From assembly GCA_047495785.1 (NCBI GenBank), contig JBLDXI010000054.1, positions 1,984,001-2,048,000 of the forward strand: a stretch of DNA of 64,000 bases, read 5' to 3'. Origin of the DNA: Lepidodermella squamata (taxonomy: Eukaryota; Animalia; Gastrotricha). Positions 35,822 to 50,322 of the stretch are shown here, piece after piece (position 1 is the stretch's first letter; the number at the start of each line of letters is the position of its first letter). The notes under the pieces were generated by a model that was not told the origin of the DNA, searched no databases, and worked only from the letters and a program-made list of their open reading frames with translations. The translations under genes were made by a program, and so were the position numbers.

Positions 35822-37139
35822 CTCGCATGCTTAGGTTTTGATTCGAGTTGCGCATTCAAGTGGCCGTGTTCTAATACAATCAAAACCTGGGTGATGCGAA
35901 GCACTGTCTGTGTGGAGCCGAAGCGGCTGTGAAGCATTCACTTGTGGAGCCGTTCAACCTTCAACTATTTTGCAAAATTTTACTGGTCTACTTTGGTGCT
36001 TGTTGTGTGCTTTTACATTATACTCTGTTGTATTTAGCTACACATTTTAATATGACTATCAATAATTATTCGAATGAATCGCAGAAAACGTAGCATTGTA
36101 CTGTATTGTATTGCAGTAGTAAAATGTCTACCTATAGCAAGTTTTCGGAAGGTAGTAATTAAGAATTTGCGATCACGCCTGGTACATACCTGTATAACAT
36201 TTGAATTCCCTCTAAGGTTCAAACGATCAAACGAGCAAGTGGCCGGTTTCTTTTTCGCCTGTGAGCCATGAGGAAAGTGTGAGGCAGACACATCGTGACT
36301 TAAAGGTTTAGGCTTAACACATCGCACATCGTTTAGGTTCAGAAGTGAAGCTTTTATGCAGATTCATGGCATCCTCGAGCGATTTTAAATTTTTGCCTTT
36401 TTTGACTTTCAGCAACGATGGCTCCCTAACGGTGAGGAATTGGCTCATTAGATTTCGTGAGCTTAGTGGAATGGGTTCTGACTGTTTATCGTCAAAATAT
36501 GAGCCCAAAGAACCTCATGGTTGTAGAATGGCAAGCGTTCGAAAAAAAGAAAGATTTTTTATGCAGATTTAGGTAACCTTACCCTATAATAATGAATTTG
36601 GGCATTGGGGAGTTCTATCGCACGAACAAAATGTCAGCCTATAGGAGCGCGCGCGTGGAGGAAATGTTAGCGGTCTGAAAATTTTAGCGAACAAGCTTCT
36701 CTAGGTCGTTCCCTGTCCATCGAAGAAGTGCAACATGGCACGCATTTTTTGGTCAACAGTCGGTGTCTTTTTCTGGATGAAGAACAAAGTGCCCATCGTG
36801 TTTAGCTTCCAGAGTACGTGACCGCGCGTGAACTGAGTACATACGTTTCCGCCACTCAGACACGAATGGCGGAAGTACGATGTTCGTCGGCATGCGTCGG
36901 AAAACCGTTGTAGGTGAGTTGAGTGCGTGGAAAATAAAGACCTCAATTCTTTTTGTTTAATACTCCCACTTGCATTATCGAAACTCGAAACTTGGATTTA
37001 AAACGAGTCACAGATGCCATCAAATATTGCTACAAAACAGTTGAATGAAAATTGAAGCGTAAATTGATGAACCTGCGTCATTTGCCACAGCCTATTTAAC
37101 ATTTCACATTCTTTCGGTCAAACAATATTTGTGAAGAAT

Positions 37140-39597
37140 ATGCGAACCAAGTTCATTTTCATCATTGCAATCAGCTACCTTGGCTATTTTCCAGCAAATG
37201 GCCAAGACGGGAAACAAAAAAGACTTCTAATCTTCAACCTTCAACCTCTAAACGGGGTGGATTTCAACTCTGTTTTTCTGCCTGATATCGTGAATGTTCT
37301 AATCGAGACAGCTAATAAGCTGAACTTCATACCAGGCTACAAATTGGAGGGTGTTTTCGCCGATGAAGAAGCTGGCCGGCTAACAGTTCGCCGTTTCATT
37401 GAATTCAAGCAGCGAAATGAAACTAGAGACGTAGTCAAATCTCCAATTGTCATAGGACCTTTCAGCCCGCCAAGTTGCACGAGCCTCGGGCCAATTCTAC
37501 ACCATTACCAAGCAGTCGCCCTGTCCCCAACCTGCACAGCTCTCGGCCTAGCTGATCATTCGAAATCTAAAAATTTGTACTTGAGCCTTCGGTCAGGGGA
37601 AGTTTTTGCTTTGACATTCCTAACATTTATTGAGAAAGTTGGAGGTTGGAAAAGGTTCGCTCTTATTGCAAACTCTGAAAGCACGAGCGATACCAGAGTC
37701 GCCACTTTAACCTACAAAACAGCGCAATCCAATGGTTTTGAAGTCCCACTCTTCACGAACGTAAATGAAATCAATTCAGATACAATCCAAGCTATTATCA
37801 AGTCCGAAGCTAGAATCATCGTTTTGGTAACAGGGAGTAATGAGTTGGTCAAAAAACTCTTTTGCGCAACTTATCTCTCCGGTTTGAAAGGAGAACGATA
37901 CGTCTTCGTAACAACCTATACCGCTTTATACGATCTGCCAACTGGAGATTCCCTGCCTCCTGGATGTTCGAAAGAAATGGTGCTTGAACAGCTGAAGCAA
38001 ACATTTTTCACTGGGCCAATGTACCGCTACGAAGATACATCTGTTAGAGCTGAATGGGGCTATAACCAGCCTGAATTCGACGCTATGGTTGACGAATTTC
38101 AGATCAGAACAAAAAACAAGACCATACGGTCCGGTAGCTTCAGTTATCGTTACCTTTTCCACGACAATGCTCTTATGGTGATTTTTGCCCTTCGCAACTT
38201 GGAAATGACCTTGAGAACGAAATATAACCTAACTCTGTCTGACTTTGCCGAAAATCAGGAACTGATCGCTAAACTAGCCAACGAGTCAATGTTAGCAGCT
38301 GATCTTAATGGTCTTCGCATTCCACCTGGTCGAATGTCTTTCAACCAAAAAACAGGCTTGATCGCTCAAGATATCCAAGGTATCGTTCAGTGGACCCCTA
38401 AAGCGAAGGATCAATACGTAACTCTAGTCTATCAGCTTCCTGATACCCAGGAATTAGTGTATTCAAGCTACGCAGTTCGAAAATTGAATGACATTGAATG
38501 GATCAATGGATGCCCACCACATGACCGGCAAAAGACTCAGCTTGTTGTTCTGAAAGTCGCACTTGGAACATCCGCAACCATCTGGCTTTTCGGGGTTTTG
38601 ATTGGAATTTTGAATGTTTGTTCAATCGGTTTCCTTTGGAAGTCTCGCTACAGGGATTTGAGCGATGTTCCTATGGTTAAGATCATGGGACTATTGGGAA
38701 GTCTTCTTTTGCTGGTCGCCTCTGCAATTTTCGTCTCGGAAATTGACGGGGGCAGGCAAATGAACTGGTCGGCTGCTTTAGCCTGCTTGGTCATTGGATT
38801 ATCGATTGCCAATGGCATTGCGGCTACGCGATCTAAATGGCAATTTCCTAATAACAGTAAGCTCCTTGATTGAAGTTAGCTATTAGCTAACACTTTTGAT
38901 TTTAGCTCGAAGAAAACATGGGGATAGAAGAAACAAAAATACGAAGTCAGCAAATTCACAAATCTCTGCCGCTGAAACAATCCCACAAGAATATGTTTTC
39001 TCAATAAACCGAAAACAAACACCACAGCCAGCATCGAAGAGCAAGTCCACAAAATCAATAATTACAGGCAGTGCAGGTTTTTCTGCACTCAACTTGATCA
39101 TTCTAGTCCTTTGGTTTGCAATTGATCCCCAGGTAAGCTTCATCAGATATGTCCGGGACTTTTCCAATTTTTCGTTTAACTGCCAGATTTGTTTGCTGGC
39201 AACATCGGCTCGACCTTTTTACGATCCCCAAATCGATACATCAGTTGAGACATTTTCTTATCAATGCTCATCGATCGTCTACAAACCAGCCTCTCTTTTT
39301 CCTTTGATCTTCTTAGCCGTTCATTTTATCACCCTGTTAGCAGCAGCTTATCTGTGTTACAAGCGCTTGAAAGGTAGTCCTAGGCCTAAAGAGCTGCCCC
39401 CCGTCATCATCTCAGTGGCGAACGCTATGTCGTTGCTTCCTGTTTTTGCGTTGATCCTGTCGATCGTTGCTAGTAAGGAATTCATCTCAGGGCCGGATAT
39501 TCAGGTCATTCTGGCATCGGGCGCTCTCCTTTCAGCAGCTTCGGCTACTTCAACCTCTATCATTCCTGTTTTTATCAATCTTAAAACAAACCAGTAA
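37140..39597 (+). CDS. Class C GPCR, GABA-B-receptor-like (Venus flytrap + 7TM; introns 38857-38905 and 39133-39186)
   Basis: Signal peptide; VIGPFSPPSC, GWKRFALI and ARIIVL flytrap motifs; WINGCPPHD linker with no cysteine-rich domain; seven hydrophobic segments including LVLWFAIDP. Confidence 0.8.
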
Positions 39598-39794
39598 CCG
39601 CTAAAACGTATAAATATATTTCTGAACCTGGTCATGAAGCCGTTTCATTAAAAAATTGGAACATCAAGTTGTTTTTATAATTAAAATACAACCGTTATAC
39701 CGTAATCCAGTACAAATTTGAACATTTCACGCAAATCAGCTCTACCTCCATTATTATTAAATTATTATTAACCTGGCATAACAGTACATGTAGT

Positions 39795-39980
39795 GGGGAA
39801 GGCTAGCCTAGTGGCTAAGGAGGCTAGCCCAAGTGCGTAAGGTCTTGGTTTCAACGCCCGCTGACGCCCGACGGTGGTTTAGCAATTCACTGGTGAGACA
39901 AAAATGCTACTCGAGTACACAATGTGAAACCATTGCTCGAGACCCCTTAACAGTAGAGGTACGATACAGTGCATGGGCCA
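39795..39980 (+). mobile_element. Possible tRNA-derived SINE
   Basis: A-box-like TAGCCTAGTGG and B-box-like GGTTTCAACGCC at tRNA-like spacing; no complete cloverleaf and no TSD seen. Confidence 0.4.
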
Positions 39981-41021
39981 TTATAGGATTTGCAAAGTCG
40001 AACAACAATTTTTTGCCGGGTGTGGTCGTGTGGTCGGGTCGGTGGGAGCGGTCGAGCAGGTGGTTTGCAAAAAATGGGGCTTGTTCGGTAAGGCTATAAG
40101 CACTCATCCTCGCGGAATCATGAACCCTCGTGGTGTAGCGGCTGAGGATGCTGCTGATACCGCCTGGGAGTACGATTCCAGCTAAGGTCGTCATATTTTT
40201 TTGTGAAGAAAGTTTTTACTCGTCAGTTTTGGATTGCATGAATTAGTTTCTCAAACAAAAAACTGCAGTAAGGAAATCAGACGAACTGAAAAACTTATTC
40301 CCTCGACCTCAACTGGAATCGAACCATCGTACATCGTGCTCCCAGGCAGTTTCCCAGACATGTATCAGCAGCATCCTCAGACTTCTGCGAATCGAGCCTA
40401 GAATGCCGATTATCCATGAGTAAGCTGTGCTCTCTGGAAAGGGTGTAGGGATCTTTAGGTGCGTCGTGTGACCCAGAATAGCGCAATGTGAGCGCGGTCC
40501 TCCTTCAACACTTACGCGCGAGGCTAACAGCGAGCCTCGGCCTAAGTATCATGTGGTGATAAGTTAAATGCAGACGTTAAATGCATATAAGATAATGTAA
40601 CGTAATGGCATTAGTAAGGGACGAACAGTTTATTTCGTTCTGTGGCGTTTGAGGAACCCCAAAAATACCCGATAATACCTGGTATTACCTGAATCTCTAT
40701 GGCAACGCAATATCCCGGTGGAAGCCTGCACTGATATCGAATGGAAAACAATCGGTAGATCAACCACTCAAACGTAGCACATTAAAAATTCATTCTTGGG
40801 TTAGTAGGGGATCTCTGTGCACAGACGCCTTTGCCGGTCCTTGCGGTCCCTTGACAAAATGCTGAAACAGCCGCACAGGAAGACAGCTATATCGTTTTTT
40901 GACTGAAATTTCATCTATCACATCGACAATCAACAGCCTTCAATAAGTGCGTGAAGTTTATAATTTGTTCACCCAATAATTTTGTATCAAGTTTTGTCTA
41001 TCACTTCCCCAGACACAAAAA

Positions 41022-42210
41022 ATGTGGAATGGATCGTCAGATGGGTCCTGGGTCTTTGCGTATGTCCCTGAACACGGATTCGACAGCGGCAGATATTGGT
41101 TCGTATCTGTTTTCAACTCGCCATTTCAGCCGTTCGCCAGCCGCCTCGGTTATACGCTGCTCTACACTATCATTGCTCTTGCAGTTTGCATCGCTAACAT
41201 CGCAAATGTCTACATCTACTGGAGGAGGGGTGTTAGACGCGATTTTCTTGTGCTGACATCGCTTCAAGGATTCACGAATTCATGGTTCTGTCTCGACTAC
41301 GCTATCCTCATGATGATGACAACCCCACGCGGCGATTTTGAGGGCAATGATGCGTCGTGTCTACTGCTTAGCTGGACATTTTACACAGCAGTCTGTTATG
41401 GCCAGTGCATTTGCATGCTGATCAGCTACGAACGCCGCGTTTGTATCACCCTTGCGCAACAATTTTCGGATAAAAAGTTGAGGAGGACGTTGATTTACGC
41501 GGCCTTACTACTTGCTTATGTAATTCTTTGTACGCTGCCTGTTTCACTATATCCCTACGGTTTGAGTCGGCAAATGATACCGCTGGATGGTAATGGAACC
41601 CAATCGGCTGCAAACTGCGGACCCTTCGAGCACAAATTGGGGGATTTTGATAGCTCGCTGTTGAGGCTACTCCTCATGCTCCCCGCTATTTCCCTCCCAG
41701 ATTTGTATCTCGCATATAATTATTGGTAAAATTTAAAATTATAACTCATTGATAAATTTAATTTAGTTGACCATGAACAGGCTAATATTCAAAGCTATTT
41801 CGGCCTATCGCAAAGGTTATCAATTAAGCAGCGGCGTTCCGTCCAATCCATCTTCGAAGCAGATTATGAAGTTGGTCAATGCAGTAACTCCTGCCTCGCC
41901 TAGAAGTTCTTTTAAATCCCGATGGCTCGAACGGGAAATGTTCATCGCGAAGCAATCGTTCGCCTCTTTCCTTATACTGGCATTTTTTTTCGCGCCAGCA
42001 TTTGTTGTTGTAATCGCCTATATATTATTCGATAGCGCTGGCCCGAAAATTCTTACGATAGAATTATACCGATTTTCAGTGATTGCGCTCATGCTGCAAA
42101 TGATCCTCGTCCCAATTTTGCAGTGCATACGGCCTGGCTTTTCTGTGAAAATTAAGGCAAAACTTGCTACATCAAAAAACGCTGTCCTACGATTTTTCAG
42201 GCTGATGTGA
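41022..42210 (+). CDS. Divergent class A (rhodopsin-like) GPCR (intron 41726-41780)
   Basis: TM1 IANIANV; TM3 Cys (ASCLLL) and LISYERRVCI (DRY equivalent); ECL2 Cys; TM6 FFFAP; TM7 LVPIL. Confidence 0.75.
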
Positions 42211-44538
42211 TCTAAGTAGATGCTCTATCGATTTCATCGTTTCCTGATTCACTGAAAATAGATTTAATCGGAAATGTGCATCATATATCTTTCATGTTTT
42301 CGGGTAAATCCAGTGAAGCTCCGGCTGAATTTCGACCTACGTTTTAACCATCCGTTTGACTCACCGTTAAGACTGTGAAATGTCATCGAAATCGGCCTGG
42401 CTGATTTCATGTTATTTTTTATTACCTTAATTTCTGTTTGGTGCTTGCAACTTTCAGACTTTAAATTACTCCCTTGAATGGCCCTAACATTCCAACTCAC
42501 TCGTATCACTGAAAACATTCCAAGCTCAGCATTCATCTTTTCAAGTTTTGCCGCGCAACAGTTTTAGCAGCATGCAAGTCCGAGTGGCTAGCGCGATTTT
42601 TACCGCTTTGATTTTCATATCGGAAAATAAAATAAGAATAAGGAATGCGCAACAGTCTCATTGCTTAAATTTAAACCACGAGTCAAGCCAGATGTAGCTC
42701 GAATCATTCGTACCTTGAAACTTGAAAATCGTTAGCCTTGTAAGCTTCAGCAATTCGAGATACCGCCAATGCTTTATTACTCGCTCCTGGGTTGGTTGGG
42801 TGATCATGACACAAAATAATGTCAATGGAAGAATGGCGACAGGTTTGAAAGCGACATTTTTGGAGAAGGTTTCTCTCAAGGTATATATCGATTCACAGGT
42901 TCCAGAGAACAGATCCGATTGTCCATAGCAAACCATGTAGCAAACGGGACGTCAACAGCCTACAGTCTGCTGTAGCACATAGCACAGAATTCTCTTGGGA
43001 GAGCCATGATCGTCGTGGAGCCCATATCGGCACCGGTTAGTCGAACCTAGTCGAACGTCTTGAGATGGCTATTTCGGGCGTGGACAAACTTGGCCGAACA
43101 ATTTTTGACATATAAAATTGCCGTAGACATTGTTCGAAACCAGCTCGGATTTTTTTAATTATTGTTTCATTCTCACAATAATTACCGCCAATAAGTAACT
43201 TACCGCCAGTACTTGAACAAAAGGCTATACAGGTGCAATAAAAATGCAGCAATGCAGCAATTTAACGTCAACTAACATGCGGAAAGTATTTTTGCCTTGT
43301 ATCGTGTCATCTAATACTAAGCAAATACTAACATACAGTAAAAAATGATGATAATAAGAAGTTGAAGTTGTAAAAGTAAGTTGAATGAAATGACCGTTAA
43401 CAAGTGAAAAGTGGGGTTTTGCGTATTTTCTGTAAAGTGTTGACTTCATGTGGGACGATTCCCATAGTTTCTTACTCAGTTTTTCTCGAAGATTTTGAAT
43501 TAAAAAAAGAAGTAAGACCTCCAGGAAGCTCCCATCCACCTCAAAGACGTGAGATCACAAAGTGTCGCCGAAACGGCTTATCGATTTCGACTGACGTGCA
43601 AGCATTACCTTAATTCCATCAATTTACTCGAGCGGCTGCAAAATTTCACGATGTCGAAGATTTAAACAAACCCGACTTTTCACTTGTTAACGTTAAATGT
43701 AATAAATATGCATGTTAATGCTTTTTTCGATGATTAATCATTGAATTCGGATTCACGGCAATGACTTACACTGCAGTTTATGACGATAAAAAACATACTT
43801 AGCCTTAATGCACACGTTTCTTCAACAAGTTGTGATTGTGGAAAGCGGAAAGCGTCTTGCCGTCATGTTTAGTGAAAGTTTTTTGAATAAACAAAATATA
43901 AAAAAGTAGTTCGGACTAAGTGCAACGTCGTTGGCGGTAAAATTGACAATAAAATTAAACAAGCCTACAAGATTAAACAAGAGGTTCCTTCTGCCGCGCT
44001 GCCAACGATATGTCCCAGGGTTGCTGCAGGTAGGCATCACACCTTGTTTACCTGTGCTTTCCCCAGGATAAGTAGTTCGTAATTCTGGCCAAACCTGCAG
44101 AAAATGTGGATTTTCCCCAGTAGAATTTCACAAGATGGATGACCAACACATCATATGGTTTCACAATTTTGAGTTTGCACAAAACTACACTATTGCAATC
44201 AGCATCTGAAATTAGATAAGATCAAAAATGGAGCGTAATAAAAAAGCTATTTGACGATTTAATAGCCTTATTGTTGGGACATTTCCCGCACTTAGTGCGC
44301 AAATAGGCCGATTTTTTCCGCTTGAAATGATGCTAATGAGAACGTAACATTTATACATGGCGCACTTTCATTAGAAATTTCTAGTTCTGCCCCAACTTGC
44401 CCGTTTAGTCACGCGGAAGCGTTAAAACTGGCTGTTATCGACGGAAATATTTACGTTATAAAAACTCTAGACGTCATGATAGATGCGCATCTTTTCTGGG
44501 CCATTTTTTGCGGTCATTTTTCAGAATTTCTCAGCGGA

Positions 44539-45088
44539 ATGAAGCTTGTTGCCTTCGCCATCATTATTATAGTACCATTAGTCTCGTCTAGCATGCCTGA
44601 AACCAAGCAGTGATCCGACTAGGTTCAGCTCTGAGGGGGGTAAATCGAGCATTTTGAGCCCAAAATTTACAAATCAACAGGGGGGACCCTTACGTTTTTC
44701 TGAAATTTTCGAACGCCAGGGGGAATCATTTACCCCCCTTACCCCCCGTACTCGGAGCACTGAAACCAAGCCTCGAAACTTGGAAAAGGACGTGCAATCA
44801 AAGGAACATCATTCCAACGATGAGAACCTGTATCGGGAAATGATTAGTAAACACTTTTAAAGCTGGTCCTATCACTCGTTAAAACGCCGTTTTACAGCCA
44901 ATTATGTAACGAGCCTCGCCATGCAGAAGGATATCAAAGGTCTGCGAAAGCTGCTCGACGATATCGACAAGGCTCGTCGGTTGAAGAAATGCATCAATAT
45001 GCTCAGGTCGCCTGCAATCTGCGACAATCGAGTTGGGTTCTACTTATGGGCTCAATTGCTGGCTCGGCGAATCATGAACGGCCTTTGA
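44539..45088 (+). pseudogene. CDNRVGFY family member 2, exon 1 disrupted by a hAT-like MITE
   Basis: Signal peptide MKLVAFAIIIIVPLVSS; removing the MITE plus one TSD restores the frame; exon 2 reads ..DKARRLKKCINMLRSPAICDNRVGFYLWAQLLARRIMNGL. Confidence 0.8.
44608..44762. mobile_element. 155-bp hAT-like MITE
   Basis: TIR cagtg(a/c)tccga(c/g)ta; 8-bp TSD aaaccaag (44600-44607 and 44763-44770). Confidence 0.9.
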
Positions 45089-45679
45089 TGAATAGGATTA
45101 TCAATTTTAGCAACAATAAATCGTTGATCATCAATAATTTGTGAATTATTAACATTTTTCTATATTATTATGTAAAATTTCGATTTTTGAGTAAACGAGC
45201 GTTATAGCTTCACATTAAAGCCCAATTGTAGCTTTCTCCAGCAGCCTATATAATTGTAAAAATCCTGTAGGGTGACTGCAACCCTACCACTTAGCGTCTA
45301 GGTGAGTTTTGCAGCTGCTGAAAAACTAAGTCGATAAAATTACATAATAATAGAAATTTTTATGAAGATTTTCAAACAATTTAGTACAGTAATTTCGCGA
45401 ATTTCTACTGGACCTTTTCTAGGTCAATTTAAAAAGAATTCGAGCGGCAGCTTTATATTAGGTATTTTAATCCGTGGCTAAAACAAACGTGAACACGGAT
45501 TTTTCGAGCAAAAAACTCACATCTACCTATTCATGTGTGCCAACGTTTTTCTCTGTTTACAGATTTTTTCATTAGGAAGTACATTTTTATTAAAACAAAA
45601 TACGAGAGAGCTCTTTATTCAGCATTCATCTAGCATCATAAATCGCGGCTTTTGAAGACTGATTTTTGTTGGTAATATA

Positions 45680-47805
45680 ATGAAAGTGATTTGCTCAGTC
45701 TGTGCCCGATCTGTCGAGGCTGCTGATGGTTTGGACGAAGTGCCGCAGTGGCACCTGTGCGAGGCCTGTCGGCGATTTTACAACCGCTACCGAGACAGCC
45801 ACCTCAGCGAATGCACTTGTCTTGGTAGGAAAGGGAAGTCGGCCAGTGATCGGCTGTGTCAATTTTGCCGGTTCAACAAATGCAAGGACGTGTTAGGTCG
45901 AATTCGGCAGATGACAAGGCTGGTCGTTGATGAGCAGAAAGATGATGACCAGACCCAATTGTCACGGAAATTTGATTACAGCCAAATTGCTTGTGCTGTC
46001 TGCTCTTGTTCGAGTAAATTACAAATTCTAATTATACTCCATTTAATTTTCGGAATTTTGGAAAAATTAAAATTCTTATCGATCTCAAATTTAAAACAAA
46101 ATTCGAAGGTTAACATTTTGCTAGAACTCAAACTTTAAAATTTAAATTTTATATTCAAAAATATTTGAAATTCAATAACTTTCATTTTAGGGAAGGGGCG
46201 AAATTCGACAAATCTCAGAAAAATCGAAAAATCACATGTTTGGAAAATATAGTGCTTAAGACTCCAATTTGTTACATGAGCCTTTTTTCTTTGAAATTAA
46301 AAAAAGTATTCAAATTTTAATAAAATGATGCGCGGATGAAATCGATGAATCATCCAACTTATCGATTGCCGAGTGATTTTTTATTAAATTTTAAATTTTA
46401 TTCAACTTTAAACAGGTTCGGGATTGTTTTACGGAGCGTTTACTTGCGATGGCTGTAAAATATTTTTCCGCCGATCAATGAAGAAAAATTACAAACGGCA
46501 ATACGTCTGCAAATCTCCACAAGATGGCACCGAAAAATTATGCCCCCTCGACTCGAATTGCCGCAAATGTCGGCTAAAACGCTGCTTCGACGCCGGCATG
46601 AGCTTGTCCGAGAAATCGTCCAAATCTAGGTCAAAATTACTGCGCGCTAAATTGGGCTCTGTGCAATTTATTAAAAATGATAAAGCGAAACTTATTCGCA
46701 GGTCTGATCGGAAAAATCAATCGATAATCGATAAATTGGATGATTCATCGATTTCATCAGCGCCATCTCAATTCGGGAATTCCAGCAGCAGTGCCGTCTC
46801 GAATTCTGTTGCAATAGCCACCCCTGCTCCTGATCAATTTTTCAAACCTTTGGCGTGGAATTATGACCGATTTTTAGGTCAATTGGTCGAATCGGCCGCT
46901 TTTCTAGCACCAATAAGCGACGACCGAATCATTATTTCGCGAACCATGACAATGGAAGAGCTTTTCGTCATCAGATCAAAGTCATTTCTTGTTTATTTAA
47001 AAGCAGTCGGCGATTTCGTGACGTCACTGCCAGGCATTGAATCGATACACTACGACGACAAACTCGTGTTATTTACCCAGGCCTTGTTTCCAATAGCAGC
47101 CGCTCAGCTTTCGCTGCAGTATGATGCCGCTAATCAGGAGACTAATTTGTTCGGGATGCGGCTCAACGATGCGGAAGCGATGGAGATCAGCAAAGCGGTT
47201 TCGCCTTACCACGATCAGCTTATCGAGTTCATGCTAAGGGCTGGTGAGCTGCTCACGTCTTGCATCGTAAAAATAGAAGAATTTTCACTATTCTGCTGCC
47301 TACTTTTGTTAAATACAGGTAAATATTCCTAATCGAAATTTCCGAATATAATTTAAAATTTAATCATTGTCAATTTTTAATTAATTTATTTAATTTTCTA
47401 GATTTAATGTTTTCAAAAGATTTAATCGATTATTTTTTGAATTCTCGATATCACGCTCCGATTATTCTTTTCATTTTTTTATAATTAGAAACCGCGACCT
47501 TGAAAAACGTGGACAGCGTTTGCGAGCTGCGCCTCAATTACGAATCAGCACTCAGCCGGTATTTGCAACGATCAAAATTAACCAGTCCAAGCCTGGCTGA
47601 AATCAGCGTGGAACAGCGGCTGTCGGCAATCTACAAGGCGTTGAATTTTTTCCGCCTCGTCACTCCTCATATGCAGTATTTTATTAGCTTCGTGAAAGAG
47701 AAACACTACGCGGGGAATTTCTACGATTTGGCAACTAACGTATCACCGCTTATTACAGATTTTTGCCTGCAATTTTTCGACCGTCCTACTACAGCATCGC
47801 CGTGA
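45680..47805 (+). CDS. Nuclear receptor D with two DBDs (exons 45680-46013, 46416-47318, 47489-47805)
   Basis: CSVC..CEACRRF..CQFCRFNKC, then [14 protein letters not shown]; LBD signature; conserved intron positions. Confidence 0.88.
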
Positions 47806-49880
47806 CTTTGACATGAATAAACGAGATCGGAGACAGCAGTTTTCATTTTCAATGATTTTCAATGATTATTTTGCCATGTCCAAAATATTTCGGATTAATA
47901 GTCTGAATTTTGAGAAAATAAAAAAATATTATCCAAAAAATGTATTAGCGTTATTTTCTGCCCAAGGCCTGATCGTTCATCCCCGCGGCGTGATCATATT
48001 TAACAAAATTATCCAAATTAACCAATTCTTTAAAAAAATTAAAGGAGATTATACATGCGTGAAATCGGTTGGCCGATAAATGAAGTGCCGAATAATGTAA
48101 TCCTGTATTTCATTAAGCTCGAGATTCATCAACAAAATTCTCAAATTGTGGCTAATCACGACTCTTTGATAAATCCAATTTCGAGCCCTGTAAAAGTGGT
48201 CACTGGCCCCTTGTAAATAATGCCGGAATTCTAAGAGCGTTTTAAGCTTGTATATATGAAAATAAGAAATATTATTTTCGCACTTGCCAAATTGTGGCCT
48301 AATGTATTCAAGTTCCTGAATCCGCCGTTTTTTCTGCTGCTTCACTGATTTTTATATGCGGACTTGATCTTCTTTCATCTATTTTGCCCCAGCATCAATA
48401 AACTGTATTTTTGACACTGTTGTTTTGGCAGAGCGTATCATCAACATCGAATAAAGACAATCGAGAAAATATAATATAGATAAATGCGTGAAATTTCAGA
48501 AGCGCGTCACATATTTTCAACGATTTTATCAGACAATTTCTCAGTCATTTCAAGTGACAGCAACTTGTGCGTAATAGTTATTATATATGCAAGTGGACCA
48601 TTTTATTTGACAGGAACCCACGCGAGAAATATAGCTTCTCACGTCTCACTTAATGCACGGGTCACGGCGGATCTTATCAACAAGCCAGGCGTCGCACACT
48701 CATCTCATACGTCGAATTTTTTTTATTGATTTAAAAATGATTAGCACACTTTTGGTCAGCGCCTCCCCCTCATTACCAACTATAATAGGGACGCAGTGAG
48801 CTATTTATGGGTGGATGGCCGATGACGGTACGAAATTCGGCATGAGCATTCCCATAGCGTTGTTCCCTCTCAGTAATCTAGAGAAAATTGGAAATTCGTG
48901 AATCTGGGGCGGGGTGCTACAGAAACTAAGAAATGTAGCCTCTTTTCGCCGTAATGAAGCGGTTATGACGCGTCAAAATCGCCGAAAATGCGCGCATTGA
49001 CTCGTCTCCGCGAGATTTCGCCCCAACCTGTTCTAAGACTAGGAGATCATGTTTTTTATATTTTTTTTCGCGACAAGACAGAAATTTCTAATAATTATTT
49101 AAAACTATTTTCAAGCATATACCCACTATAATTTCCCCATATTTTTTTTACTGTTTTTTCCTGTTAGTGCTGCAGAAAATTAGGGATTAAAATGTGGTAA
49201 AATTGCCAAAATTTGACGATAAATCAGAAATCATATAATATCCTTTCTTCATTTTTTGAATAATTCTACGAATTTTGAGTCTGAATTGAACACTCTGTCT
49301 TATAAAGAATTTTACGCTCAATTTACTGGTGAATTTTGTAGAATTATTGTGCTCAATCTTGACCCGCAAGAATTATCCGAAAAGTTAGTTCAGGCCACTG
49401 GAATATTTCAAACCTTGGTTCAGCAAATTAGGTTCCGCTCACAATAATTTTGGTTCCGGTAAAAGGACCCAATCATAATATTCTGAATCGAGATTTTTTT
49501 TAACCCACGAAAAGTAAAGTTTTGCCAAGAATTATACCCCGCGTTTCTCACGTTAATTCATAATAATGATATTTCAACCGTCCACCCGGAAATAGTTGTG
49601 ACCTTTCGCAGGAAATGAGGTTAATTTACTGGGTCAAGCTCGGAATTGCAGCAGTGAAAATTTAATTTCCGATCAGCAACTGTAAATGCCGCGCTGATCT
49701 ATTGAAGCGTTAAGGGCGAGAGCCTCAAGTGATTCATCACACTAATATTTAGCATAATATACAATGGGAAATATTGAAAAACAACCCCGCACACACGCGA
49801 TACTAGGTTAGGTTAATTTAATCTTGTTATTATGCAGGTCATTTCGCATAATTTCGTTTATGTTTATAAAATAATATAGC

Positions 49881-50322
49881 ATGAATATAGCTTTATTTGC
49901 TATGATACTACCGTTTGTCGGTGGCATACCCAATGGATTTCGAGGCGATTATTTATCTCAAAATGAGGCGGCGAATATGAAGCTGAAACTACTTTCACAA
50001 ATAGACATGGCCCAAGCTCAAATTGCCAACGAAAAAGCCGCCAAGGATGAACAAAATCGGCTGATGATGAGTATGCGAATATTTTAAATTATTTATAAAA
50101 ATCGAATTATTTTTTTCTCTTTTTCAAACAGAAAATCTTATTGCCACTCTGATTAGGCAGAATGATGCCAAGGGCCTGTATAAGCTGGTCGGCAATCTCG
50201 ACAAGGCTCGCCGGTTCAACAAATGCATAAATACCCTCGGATCGCCGGCAATTTGCGACAACCGAGTTGGATTCTATTTATGGGCTCAATTAATGGCCCG
50301 AGACATCATGAATGGCCAATAA
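49881..50322 (+). CDS. Secreted precursor, CDNRVGFY family member 3 (intron 50071-50131)
   Basis: Signal peptide MNIALFAMILPFVGG; exon 2 reads ..LDKARRFNKCINTLGSPAICDNRVGFYLWAQLMARDIMNGQ. Confidence 0.85.

Noticed and set aside
36034-36946. Minus-strand ORF fragments with some Cys motifs
   Set aside because: No coherent exon chain or recognisable domain; possibly a decayed gene or TE, but not supportable.
42264-43613. Scattered short ORFs
   Set aside because: Interrupted by stops, with no recognisable motifs or consistent splice model.
44608-44770. MITE in peptide gene 2 acting as a new intron (GT at 44610, AG at the end of the TSD)
   Set aside because: That splice leaves 2 extra nt and shifts the frame; no frame-restoring donor precedes the in-frame TGA.
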